Assembly (NCBI GenBank): GCA_001179505.1
Contig: CDMY01000597.1
Coordinates: forward strand, 1-45,391
From: Vitrella brassicaformis CCMP3155
Taxonomy: Eukaryota > Protista > Chromerida
Length of the DNA stretch: 45,391 nt
Direction of reading: 5' to 3'
The notes under the pieces were generated by a model. The model was not told the origin of the DNA and did no database searches. It worked only from the letters and a program-made list of their open reading frames with translations. The position numbers were made by a program, and so were the translations under genes. Positions 11,901-22,799 of the stretch are shown here, in pieces. Within the stretch, counting starts at the first letter, position 1; each line of letters opens with the position of its first letter.

Positions 11901-14900
11901 TGGTTGATCAGGTTGGCGGCCGAGGGCGGCTCCCCCTTCTCGTATCTGAACGCCCTGCTTGCCCCCCGGACCCTGCCATTTCCCTCACCATTCTCGTGGC
12001 GCAAGGAGATCACCGACACGCTGCAGAGCGACAGCATATCGCTCCACTTCCTCGCTCTCCGATTCAAGTCCCCCCACGTGGTGCCGCCATCACATGGGTC
12101 CACAGACACCGCCAGAGTGCACCTCAGTCTGCGGTTCTTCTGCTTTGGTGCGCAGAGCATACATACCTTCTTGTGTACAAGCCAATGTTCTATGTGATTC
12201 GCAGAGAGGAGGAGCACGGCGGTCGCTTTGGTGCCGATTGATGTGGAGAGCAGGGGAGCGTCTCCCGTGCTGTATTGTCTGAGAAGTGAGGGGAGCGGAG
12301 AGGGGCTGCTGGTGGAGTTTCCCCTGAGAGACATCGAACGGGGAAGAGAGGGCACGATGGTGCACCTGGCCCTCTGTGAATACTTGCTCAAGGCACAGAT
12401 GCAAATCGAAGTAAGTGAGTGGATCGGTGTCGCACACAGACACAGACACAGTCAGAGACAGAGACAGAGACAGAGATAAGAATGTCTCGCTTTGTATTTT
12501 TTCACAGCTGTGGCACTCCGACGGCGGTTTCATATTGGCGTCCACTCGGCTTCCGCTGCACCCCCTAATTCGCCAGCAGCAGCCCACAGTGACACACACC
12601 ATCGAGGCCATTCTATTCGACCCCCTCAACCACCATGCCATCGGCACTCTTGCCCTGTGCATCACCAACAGGGGCCGGGAGACACAACAACAGCCACCAC
12701 CACCCCTTGTTCGCACCAGTCCACCCAGCTATGTGACGATCCGGCCGGCGAGCCTGAGACAAGAGGCCGAAGAGCGGGCTCTAGGCACCAAGTTGGTCAG
12801 CGAGAGGGCGAGAAAGGAGAGGCGTGTGGAACGGTTGTATCTGGAGCGGACGGGACACACACCGGCGAGGGCGAGGGAGGGAGAAAGGACGGACTCCGAC
12901 CTGATGGAGGTGGTGACGGCACTGAGAGAGGAGAGGAAACCGCAGCTGATCCTCAAACAGCTGAGAGACGCGAGTGCAGCCACAGGAAGGCCCAGCGAGA
13001 CACGCGTGAGTGAGGATGGAGCATTACACACACAAACGGTCGGACGCTGTCCTGCATGTGTTTCCTGTGTGTATCAGAACGTGGTGGCCATCACTGGCCA
13101 GCCATCTTTCTTCTATGTGGAGGTGGACAACAGCTCACAGGCAGACATCCGGTGCAGAGTCACCATCAAACCGACAAACACCGACCCCCCGTTCCTTTCC
13201 CTGCCCGAGCAGACGTACGCCCCACCGCTCACACAGACCCCTTTATTCCACCTTGACAGCGACCGACAGAAATCCCCGTCTACCCTGCAAAGTGCTGCCG
13301 AGCGGGCATTCCACTCGGCTTTTCACGGCAGCGGCATGCAAGTGGTGACCGACCCAGAAGAGTGGCGGTGTCTGGTAACTGAGAGGGACTTCCCCGCGCC
13401 ACCAGGCGGCCGCTACGATGTCTTTGAGCGAGAGGGGGGCGGCGGGGAGGCCGTGTGTGTTCAGCTGAAGGCGCACGAGCAGTGTGCTGTGCCGATCAGG
13501 TGCTTGTGCTTGTGTCTTGGAGAGGGTGGTGTGGTGGGCGAGGGGAAGGAGGGCAGGTGTGTGTATGAGGTGCTCATCGACCGGCTTGACGGGGCACTGC
13601 TGCACGACATCCGTGTGGAGGTGGCTGTGCTTCCGCCGCCTGTGGACCGGACAGTCAGGCACTTTGCCAGAGAGGCGACGCCCATAGAAATGGACCTCAT
13701 GCTGCCGGCCCCTCTGCCAAGAGAGTCGCCCTTCTTCACCTCTCGCACCAACCACAACACACAAGGTATGGACACAGTGAAGGAGAGGCAGGCAGACAAA
13801 TAGGTCACATGTGTTCCAATTGCAGGGCCTCCTTCCCAGTGGTACGCAGTGCACTGCACTGACTCTTCTGTCGCCCTCAGCTACCCGGGCCGGTCGACGC
13901 TGCACCTGCAGATTGGCCACATACCATCACGCACCAGAGGCGTACTGGCTTTCTACTTGGTGTTGTATGGCGATAAGGGGCAGCTGCTGAGCGGTGCTGC
14001 GCTCGTATGGGAGATACTGGTCAGTCAGCACACCACAGCACACCGTGTATGTATGTCTGTCTGCACATATATTACTGTTGCTGAACCCTGGCAGCTTCAC
14101 GTGTTGCCCCACGAACATCTGAGTGGCACCATCGGTCAAACCTTGACCAAGCCGCTCTTCGTTCCGCCCACATCTCCATCCCTGACCTTCTTCTCGTCGC
14201 TGCCGTCGTTGGTCGGCGTTGGTGGGCGGCCAGATGCGCCGCTAATCGAGGCTACTCCACTGCGTACGGGAACACACCGGGCGCTCATTCAGGCTATGAC
14301 GAGGCCACGAGGTGGAGAGGGAGGGCAGCAAGGGACCCTCAGATGGGTGGGTGGCTGCAATCAGTCGATGTCTGAGTCGTATATGGTGAATGTCTTCTGT
14401 CTTTGTGTTTCTCTGTGTAGGTGGTTGAAGTGGAGTCGTCGACCCCTCGTCTATCGCGTGCCTACAGTATGTCTCTGCCATTGCGCTCGCCCGTCGCCAT
14501 TAGGAGGCGACTACAGTACACAAACACAGTGCCAGCGGGAGATGACGAGCGTGGCGGTGGCAGACCGGTCAAGTATCTCCTCAGAAGTTCTGACCCGACT
14601 CTGATGGAGGTGAGCCGCACAGGCGCAAAGAGACTAAGATATACGACATGGAGTCTCAGAGAGACATGGCGAATTTCGTCTGTTCAGGTGATGACAGGTC
14701 AGATCGTTCTTGGTGCTGGGGAGGAGGTGTCCATCGATGTGGTTTTTGCACCGTCATTGGCACTGCCCTTGCCTTCTCCCATACTGGAGTCACGCAATGG
14801 TGACGCCCCTGCTGTCAACGTATTTATTTTGATTTCATGTGCTGCTGATGAAAAGATCAAGGTCGGAAAGAAAGACAATCACACGAAATCTGCCAAAAGC

Positions 14901-15283
14901 GCATATGTCGTTCTCCCTCTCGCTGTGGGTACTGCAGGATTGCCGGTTGATTCGTGTGAGCTATATAGAATGATACTATTGGCAGAGTCTGCCGTCAATG
15001 TTGGGTGACATCCATTTCTTGTCAGTCTAAACCTTTGAAGGATGTGGAGGTGGTGTTGGCTCTGTGTCGCATCTACCTGTATCCCTCCGTGTCTATGCCC
15101 TATGTTCAGCGTCGCGAGATGACTGCTGCTCAAATGAGTGGGTTGGTCGCTTCATGGCCCATATGGACAGCCCGACAGACCGACAGCAAACACGTGTGTG
15201 GTGTGCGTATATGCAGTATTGTCCGTCCGTCGGTATGTGAGTACACACACGAAGGTCAGCTGCTCAGGTCACTCCTTCCTTGA
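8913..15283 (+). CDS. NPHP4: Nephrocystin-4 (ciliary transition zone protein), multi-exon
   Basis: NPHP4-like segments appear in the expected order: LAGTPRLL, YFGLHNGLHF, VGWGLIFPF, YLLKAQMQIE|LWHSDGGFILASTRLPLHPLIRQQQP, GTLALCITNRG, GQPSFFYVEVDN, QVVTDPEEWR, QLKAHEQCAVPI, VDRTVRHF, EEVSIDVVFAP, VFILISCAADEK. Recognised from memory of the family. The 3' end is unresolved between about 15010 and 15500. Confidence 0.82.
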
Positions 15284-15551
15284 TGTGTCATCTATCCGTT
15301 TGGTTGGTAAGTGTGGGAGGTTAGTTCAGTTCACAGGGCTGCCCGTTCACGCATCTACATCCCACCCGTACGTCACGTCATATCACTGCACTGATCCGAA
15401 GCTCATCTGTGGCTGCTCCCTCGGCACCGCTCGACCGACCCGCATCACAACATCCGCCAGTTCCCGCTTGCCGACGGACACGATCCGACTCTCTGACGGC
15501 ACACACACACAATCATGCACAGAGGAGAGAGAGAGGCAGTAGCTGCTCTGC

Positions 15552-17646
15552 TTACGGACTTGTGAGTCCGACGGCCTGAATCTGCGCCACCATGTTCGTA
15601 GCGGCCTCCTCCGCACTCTGATCATCGTCATCATACGCCACTGCAATCACCACGGCGTCGGGGTGGCCGCCACGGGCATCGAACTCCCTGTACACACAGA
15701 CATACACACGTACAATCACACGCACAGATATTACCACCAACAGGTCTCACCACACCTGATCCGATCCAGGTCAGCCGTAGTATGCTCACCCTTCTGCAGA
15801 GGAAGACACACAAGTTATATCTACCTGTTCCCTTTAGTGTCTACTTACCTCGAATACCTGCAGGCATCTGGGTAGCTGTTCGTCGCGGCCTGGCGACATG
15901 TCGATGACGTTGACGAGCTCCCACATGATGGGGTCTGCACCGCCAGCGGCGACCAGCTTGTCCAGCAGCCGCTGAGCACTGTGTGGGACAACATACCTGA
16001 CAGACAGGATTGTGCAGGCAGGCAGGCAGGCAGGCAGGCAGACAGGCAGTGCCTGGGAAGAGCACAGAGTGCGTACCCGTGGCGAGGATCACTTTGGGAA
16101 ACGAAGTCGATGTCAGTAGGTGGCGCGATGCGATGACTGCACCGGCAGGGACACATCCATCCATCCATCCACGTATGTATCGCGCGCGCGCGTGTGTGTG
16201 TGTGTGTGAGAGAGGGGAGAGGGAGAGGGGCTTACATGACGGGGTTGCCCTCCCGGGTGTCGACGTCCTTGACGAACGGGTGGCCTCGCAGCTCGTCAGC
16301 GGAGGGGCGGCCGGCCGGTTCGACACACATGCACCTAAGTAAACAAGACACATACCTAACACACACCTAGGTCTGAGAGTGTGGTTATTCACTTATCGAG
16401 AAAATCGCGAAACTCGTCGCTGAAGCCCTGGAGCGTGAGGCCCTCCGACCCGGGGCTCTGCTGCAAACACGCGGCCGCCTGAATACATTCAACAACCCAC
16501 AAATGTACACACATACACACACACGCATCCAGAGAGGTGTCTGTCTGTCCTCCTGCCGTCCCCACCCTCCTGATCCTCTGTGCAGTGATATCCCCCTGCT
16601 GCGAGAAGGCCATAAAGGGCAGCCGTCCCTCCGCCAAGACAATGCACACCGTGCCGACCGCCCAGATGTCAACCTGAATGCATTCCACTCATGCACACCC
16701 ACACACACGGGCACTTTGCGCTCATGTGTGCTGCGGGCGGCTGGTTCAGTGCTGCGTACCGACCGATTTGGTGTATGAGTGGGGGCGCTGGCTTCTCAAA
16801 ACGGCCGTAAACGGCCACGCGCTCAGATCAAGCATCTCTGGCGCCATCAGACACATTGCTCTTGACATGCCTGCAGGGCACAGGGAGAGAGAGAGAGAGA
16901 GGAATCTTGCGTGTGTGGCCCTCCGTGTGTTGTGTGTCCTCACCTTGCACGGGGTTGGGTGTTGCGCAGCGGTCCTCAGGGCCGCCCAGCAGCTTGGCTG
17001 ACCCGAAACCCCCTGAAGACACGCACATTCTTTCTCTCCCCTCTCTGCCGTCGCCCTTCCACTCACCTAGTTTGACATGGCCCCCGAGGTCCATAAGGAT
17101 GTTGTGGTACGTGACCCCACGATGCACCACCTCGTGTCGATGCAGGTCGCACAGCGCCTCAAGGACAGAGGCGGCCACGTGTTGGACCTCAGCTTCGGTC
17201 ATCCGCCCGCCGTCCGGCAGCCTCAGGAGCAACCAGCCGACCGACAGGTAGCCGCAATACTCGGAGACGATCTGCAGACAGACAGACAGATCTTCTTCGT
17301 GTGTGCAGCCAGCCGGATGCCACGTACCCAGAGATGGTCATCCTGGTCATCATGTTCTCGGTGCGTGGCCAGTGTGGTCACGATGGTCGGATTGCTCCTG
17401 CACGTGTGCAGAATGCGCACCTGCTGGTCCGCTCGCCGCCTGTCAGCCTCCGTCTTGTAAGGGAGCCGTTTGACGACCACATCTCGCTCTGTTGCCCTGT
17501 GTGTCATCAGCGTCACTTTGACGTCAGCGATCTGAATCAACGGAAGCCACCAGACCATCCATCCATCCATTCATTGTGTATCGGTGTCATTCACCTGTAC
17601 GTGTTTGAGTATCCCTTTCTGCTCGTACAGATCGCTCAGAGAAAAC
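15552..17646 (-). CDS. STE20-like protein kinase fold, predicted pseudokinase, with an uncharacterised C-terminal domain
   Basis: Spliced product FSLSDLYEQKGILKHVQ|IADVKVTL..DVVVKRL..IVSEYC..VVHRGVTYHNILMD..VKL|GGFGSAK..MAPEM..KS|VDIWAVG..FSDEFRDFLDK|C..RPSADELRGHPF, then about 150 aa ending AVGLTSP* at 15552. The 5' end is unresolved, with possible exons up to about 18300. Confidence 0.85.
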
Positions 17647-18579
17647 CTGAAGCACACACACATACACACACAACACACACCCTTCTCAAAAAGTCATTTC
17701 TCATTGGTGCGTGTCTCATTGGTGCGTGTGTTCGGACGCCGCCCCCCCCTCTTCCGATCGCGCAGAGCCAGATCCCGCCCACATCTCCCCGGAGCCCGTG
17801 CCGACACAATCAGCACACCCCCAAGCCGTCGCTGTCGGTATGCGGCACACACGAAGACGGTGCCGCCACTCACCGGAGAAAACTGGCCACACCGTAACCT
17901 ACGCTCCAAAATGGTAAAGCTGACACAAAGCGTCCATCCCCACTGCAAGATGCCCTTGCTGCCTTGCCTACACTGTGGGCTGCTGCTCACCTGTGGGTTC
18001 TTGCCTTCTTGCGGTGGTGCAGACCTCTTGGCGAACCGCACTCGGATGTCCTGTGTGACGCGATCGGCGCTTACAGTGTATCTGACAGACCAAAATGGAC
18101 ACCACAAGGCACCAGAGTGATGTGCTGAGGCTCGTGTTGGCCTGTCTGCTGCAGATCTGCCTCCCCGCGCTGAGATCTGTGTCGTGGCAGAATGAGCAGC
18201 TGCTGTGCCCGCCCTGCTGCTGTGCCAAGCTCACCTGTTCTGTTGGTGTCAGGCGTTCATTCGGTAGGCTCACTGCGGCTCGGCTCGGTGCGAATGGCTG
18301 AGAATGGGACACGGTTCGCAGCTGACGGCGGATGTCTGAGGGCCCGCCAGGCCACTCAGTGGCTAACAGCAGCAGGCCTGTGGTGTCGGCAAGAGGGGGC
18401 GTCCTCTGTGGGCGTTTGGCAAACGTGCCCACACCTGATCGCTCGGCTCGCAAAAGAGGCCAAAGCGGCGGCTAGAGGTGAGAATGCGCAGCACATGCAC
18501 ACCCGTCAATGCATTTCATCGACTGCGGCGTCCCTCTCCTCTCAGAAGCGGCAGGTAGCGACGTTGGCGGGCGGCGACG

Positions 18580-19367
18580 ATGGGCAACAGCTGCGCCAAG
18601 AAGGACCCCGACCCGGAGCTGCAGGAGGAGCTGAGGCGCACACAGGGGCAGGTGCGATCAGTGCACGGGAACGTCAGTGCCTTTTTCGGACGAATTTCTG
18701 TCTTTCTGTCGGTGCCTACAGTTGGAGTCGGCGAGAAAGGAGCGCAATAAGACTAAGGAGGAGGTATGGCACGCCCAGTCAGTGGCATGCATCGGTGGAA
18801 CCACTCGCTCATTCCCTCTCAGCTAGACGACGTGGGCGCGAAGTTACAGCACAAGGGAATGGAGGTGAGCTCACGCGTTGATGCGCGCGCATCGTGTGGA
18901 TGAATGGGTGGGTGGATGGATGGATGGATGGGTGGATGCAGCTCGAGCAGAAGAAGTGGGACATAGAGGACAAGGACAAGAAACACAAAGAAGAAATGAA
19001 GAAGCAGCTCCTCAAGATCAGGGAATTGGTACCATTAATTGTGGCTGGCTGGCTGCCGTCCACACATCACGCACACACATACATACCCCTTCTTGCCACC
19101 TGCGTGCCTTGCTTGTTTTTGTGTGCGTCAGGAGAATGTCAAGTTTGACAAAGAGCAGGCTGAGGAAGAGACCAAGCAGCTAAGGCACACAGTGAGTGGG
19201 CAGATACACACCACGGACATGATGGATGGATGGATGGACGGTGTCAGTCGATTCACAGGGCGAAGATCATCAAGGATAAGGACGAAGAGCTCAGCAAGAT
19301 GGATGAACAGGTGGGCGGGCAGCCCAATCCTTGAAGCTGCATAAGTGCCACCTTATCTCTCTGCGTA

Positions 19368-19398
<31 letters not shown>

Positions 19399-20366
19399 CA
19401 GAACAAAATGCTGAAACAGTGTCTGCGGGCCAAGTCTGAAGCACAGTCACACATGCAGAGAGAACATCTTGGTGTGTGTGTGGATGGATGGATGGATGGA
19501 TGGATGGCGCAGAGAGCCCTATCAGGGCTTCGGGTTTGTTTGTGACGGCAAGACTGTGCTGCTGACGCTCATCCGCTCCCGGCTGGAAAAGGTGAGCAAC
19601 CAAAGTGACGGCCCCTCTCCACGCACATCTCTCTCTCTCTGTGTGTGTGTGTCTGTCTGTCTGTCTGTGCTCAGTTGGGTACGGCCGAGCAGGAGCAGCT
19701 GCACCTGATACCGAGCGACGTCTTCGACAAGACGAGTAGCCCCGATGTGAGTAGCCTGCCACACTTCAATGTGCGCCCGTCTGTCTGTCTGTCTTACTGT
19801 CTGTCTGTCTGTCTGTGTGGCATGGACAGGTTGATTTCTCCACGATGACGGCGCTGGTCAAGGAGCTGAAAACCAAGTTGACGACATCCGTTGACGGCAT
19901 AGCCGTCGCCGCCCGTAAATAAGCAAGGAAGACTGCACTCACCCCCTGCACGGGTGACGGGTGTGTGTTGTCTGCAGCCATTGAGGTGATCCCCGTGCTG
20001 GCTGCTCTGATGCAGGACAAGGGCATCACAGCCAAATTCAAACGGACTGCCATGCACGTGAGTGAGCCTGAGGCGGGGCAAAACGGATGGATGGATGGAT
20101 GTGTTTGTGTGTGTATTGCATGGCATTGCAGTGGGCGGGCGTGTGGGGCCTCCAGGGCCACGTGGACGCCATCAACTCGTTCTGCGACCAGATACGAGGT
20201 GAATGGTCACGACGACACATAGCAACAATGCAACGATGTCTTTCATCCTTCTGTCTGTGTGGCTGCCTCAGAGCCTCCCGCGGCGCCCCCCGCCGCAAGG
20301 GCTAGATGGTTCTCCGCCCCCTGGTCGGCAGGCTGGCTCTCGTGCGCGTCGGCCGAGAAGGAGTGA
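18580..20366 (+). CDS. Coiled-coil protein with predicted N-myristoylation/palmitoylation (MGNSC), about 9 exons
   Basis: Frame-consistent chain MGNSCAKKDPDPELQEELRRTQGQ|LEQKKWDIEDKDKKHKEEMKKQLLKIREL|ENVKFDKEQAEEETKQLRHT|SIHRAKIIKDKDEELSKMDEQ|NKMLKQCLRA|KEPYQGFGFVCDGK..|..|WAGVWGLQGHVDAINSFCDQIR|EPPAAPP..AEKE*. Confidence 0.7.
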
Positions 20367-20841
20367 GTGCGTGTGTCGTGTGTACAGACAGACGAGCTAT
20401 GCGATGCTGCTGCTTTAGTGAGGGCGAACATGTCTGTGTTGGTTCGTCCGCTACTTGTGGTCTGTGTGAGTCCTGACTAGTGGGTGGCTAGTGGATGTGC
20501 GCTCTCACCTTCCTCTCTGCCTTGCTGCCTATCTACCTGGCTGGCTCCTTTGTCTGTGCCTGGCTGCGATTGTATGTATATATGCATGTGTGTGTGTGTG
20601 TGTGTGTGTGGAGTGCTGACGTGCCATTTTCGCCACATGCAGCGGCGGGAGAGGGACAGACAGAGGTGTGCATACATGGTGGGTGATGGTGTGTCTAGGG
20701 GGCGGACGGATGACTTGCTTGCAGACTCACACCTACGTCGTGTGCCGTGGTGGACATTCCTGGGTAGCGACAGACCTGTCTTACACGTTGACACACACCG
20801 GGAGGGTCATCGACTGACGACAAAACCGTCAACAATCACAC

Positions 20842-20892
20842 ACACACATGGGCAGGCGCATTGCACATGGGATTTCTGCAATCGCCACCATT
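20842..20892. repeat. Dispersed 51-bp repeat, copy A (copy B at 24595-24645)
   Basis: acacacatgggcaggcgcattgcacatgggatttctgcaatcgccaccatt versus acacacatgggcagacacatcgcacacgggatttctgcaaacgccacgatt: 45/51 identical by hand alignment, same orientation. Confidence 0.9.
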
Positions 20893-20916
20893 TCTTTTGG
20901 ACAGGCCGTGGGCGGT

Positions 20917-21027
20917 CATCTCTCACATCAAGAGTGAGCCCCTCGTCCTCATCTTCTCGGCTGTAATCTCTTGATGATCTTTTCCTTCCTCATCTTCGTC
21001 ATCGATGATGGTGCGGATAGATCGGCT
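20917..21027 (-). pseudogene. Decayed copy of DDX27 exon 1, including its splice donor
   Basis: Minus strand reads gccgatct-atccgcaccatcatcgatgacgaagatgaggaaggaaaagatca...gaagatgaggacgaggggctcactcttgat|gtgaga. DDX27 3262-3450 reads gcggatctcatcatgaccatcatcgacgatgaagaagatgaagcgcggaaagatca...gaagatgacgacgaaggactcgctctagac|gtgaga. The ATG is lost, there is an internal deletion and there are frameshifts. Confidence 0.75.
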
Positions 21028-21055
21028 GACAAAGAGTAACTTAGTAGCTCGCTGC

Positions 21056-22755
21056 ATGCGCGTGGGGGCAGCCCCCAGGCTCGACGTCAAGCAACCACAG
21101 CACCGCCACAGCAGCACACAGCAGCACAAAACAGCAACGAAGGTGCACCGCTGCCGCCGCATCCCCCCTTCCATCCCCCTCCCGAGAGGCCAGCTGCCGC
21201 GGACGAACCCCCTGCCCACCACACGGGCAACCGGCAGCCACAACGGCCAGCCCTTCCCCCTCCACCTCGTCGATGGCCAGTCGTTCCCCTGCGGCGCATC
21301 CTCTGCAGCTGGGCAGCGCTACTGCGGCTATATGCCGCCAGTCAAGCGCATCGACTATCAGCCCACCCCCGGTTTCACTTTCAGCGGGGCGAAAGTGTAC
21401 CGGGTGGAGCAGAGGCTCTGCGCCGCCAGCACGGCCGCTCACAGTGAGCAAACAGTCGGCCAACCAGCGGGACCCTCGCCCTTTACGAAGGCGCTGAAGG
21501 AGATCCCACTGGAGAGTGCAGAAATGATTGCCATCCGGAGGGCTACTGGGTTGGGAAGGGAGGCGATTTTGGGTGTGAATCGGGTGGGCGAGGAGGACGC
21601 ACAAGGGCACATGAAGTCATTCTTGTGGCGTCTGATGGTGTTTCTTCAGGTTTCTCAAGCGGGTACGGGGAATCATTTTGTGGAGATGGATTTGCTGCGG
21701 GATAATTTGGGAAGTTTTGCTATGGGGCATTGGGAGAAGGGGCGGGCGACCACCACGCTCGAGGAGGAGACCGTCAGGGAGATGCTCTTCCCTGTTGTTG
21801 TTGCCCTGCGGGACCTCTTCGATCGAGCGTGGATGTGTCATGGGTAAGTAGAGATGAAAAACCCCATTCTGTCTTGCCCTGAACTTGCTCTGGTCATCCC
21901 CTGATGTGTCTGCCCATCAGGGATATCAAGCCCTCCAATTTTTTGGTTGATGTGCATGAGGGGAGGGTGCCTGGAATGAAGTTGATTGACTGGGGATTGG
22001 CTGGTGTTTTCCATGTGAGCTCACACGATTTCTTACGTATACTCGCCACTCACGTCTGTGTGTCTCTGTCTGTCTGCCTGTCTCTGTCTATAGAATCGGG
22101 AGCAGTTGGAGGGCAAAAGGGCAAGGGAGTATATTACGTGGGATATCAAGAATATAGGGTGAGACAAAGACAAGAGGACATTATTGATCACTCATTGTAT
22201 GTGCATCACCTCGCTGTTTTTTGTGTGTGTCAGGGGGATTTTGGGGTACATGTTGTTTGGGCCGCATGCACCACTGGTGTCTCACAAGTGGATGAAGGTA
22301 CACACAAATCAGAGACAGCACACACACAGAGACATGTCAAACAAATCGCCTCCTTTTGTGCATTTCATCCATTAGTCGCCCCCACGCAGCCGTGCGGCTC
22401 ATGAGTTGTATGAGCTCCTCACTCGGCGGCCAGAGACCCTCACGTATGATGATATCCTGCGCCGCAAGTGGTAAGTGGGAAAATGCGAAGACAAACGAAC
22501 TCATATTATCTGCGTCTGATCTCTGCACATCTCGCTGGCTCCAGGTTCAGTCGAGCCCATCCCCAACACGTACCGGGTCTCTGGTCGCCCACGCCGCAGC
22601 CCGCCCGCCAGGATCCGCCAGAGCCGCCAGCCGACAGCCTTGCTGATGACGCACCAGCCAGCCCCGCACCCACCGGCTGCTCGGCCTGGCTGTCGGCGCT
22701 CTGGCGATGGCTCAAGGGGGTATGGGCGTGTATATGTGGGAGGGGGAAGGGATAA
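21056..22755 (+). CDS. Divergent non-RD Ser/Thr protein kinase
   Basis: KALKEIP (beta-3 Lys), CHG|DIKPSNFLV, LIDWGLAGVFH|NREQLEGKRAREYITWDIKNIG|GILGYMLFG..|..TYDDILRRK|WF. All introns are GT-AG and frame-consistent. Stop at 22753-22755 if the last exon is not spliced further. Confidence 0.8.
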
Positions 22756-22799
22756 GGGTGATGGATTGATGGATGGGGGGAATGGATGGATGGGGGGGA

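Noticed and set aside
15552-15990. Pseudokinase C-terminus resembles a small GTPase (VIDMSPG; DAVVIAVAYDDDD)
   Set aside because: No P-loop or NKxD motif is visible, and the resemblance is too short to call without a profile search.
16181-16208. (CG)n(TG)n alternating purine-pyrimidine tract with Z-DNA potential
   Set aside because: It is intronic and unremarkable given the abundance of dinucleotide repeats throughout the window.
21961-22320. Kinase seemed to be a pseudogene lacking subdomains VIII-IX
   Set aside because: Using the phase-0 splice after GVFH gives NREQLEGKRAREYITWDIKNIG|GILGYMLFG, so the frame is intact and the motifs are divergent rather than missing.
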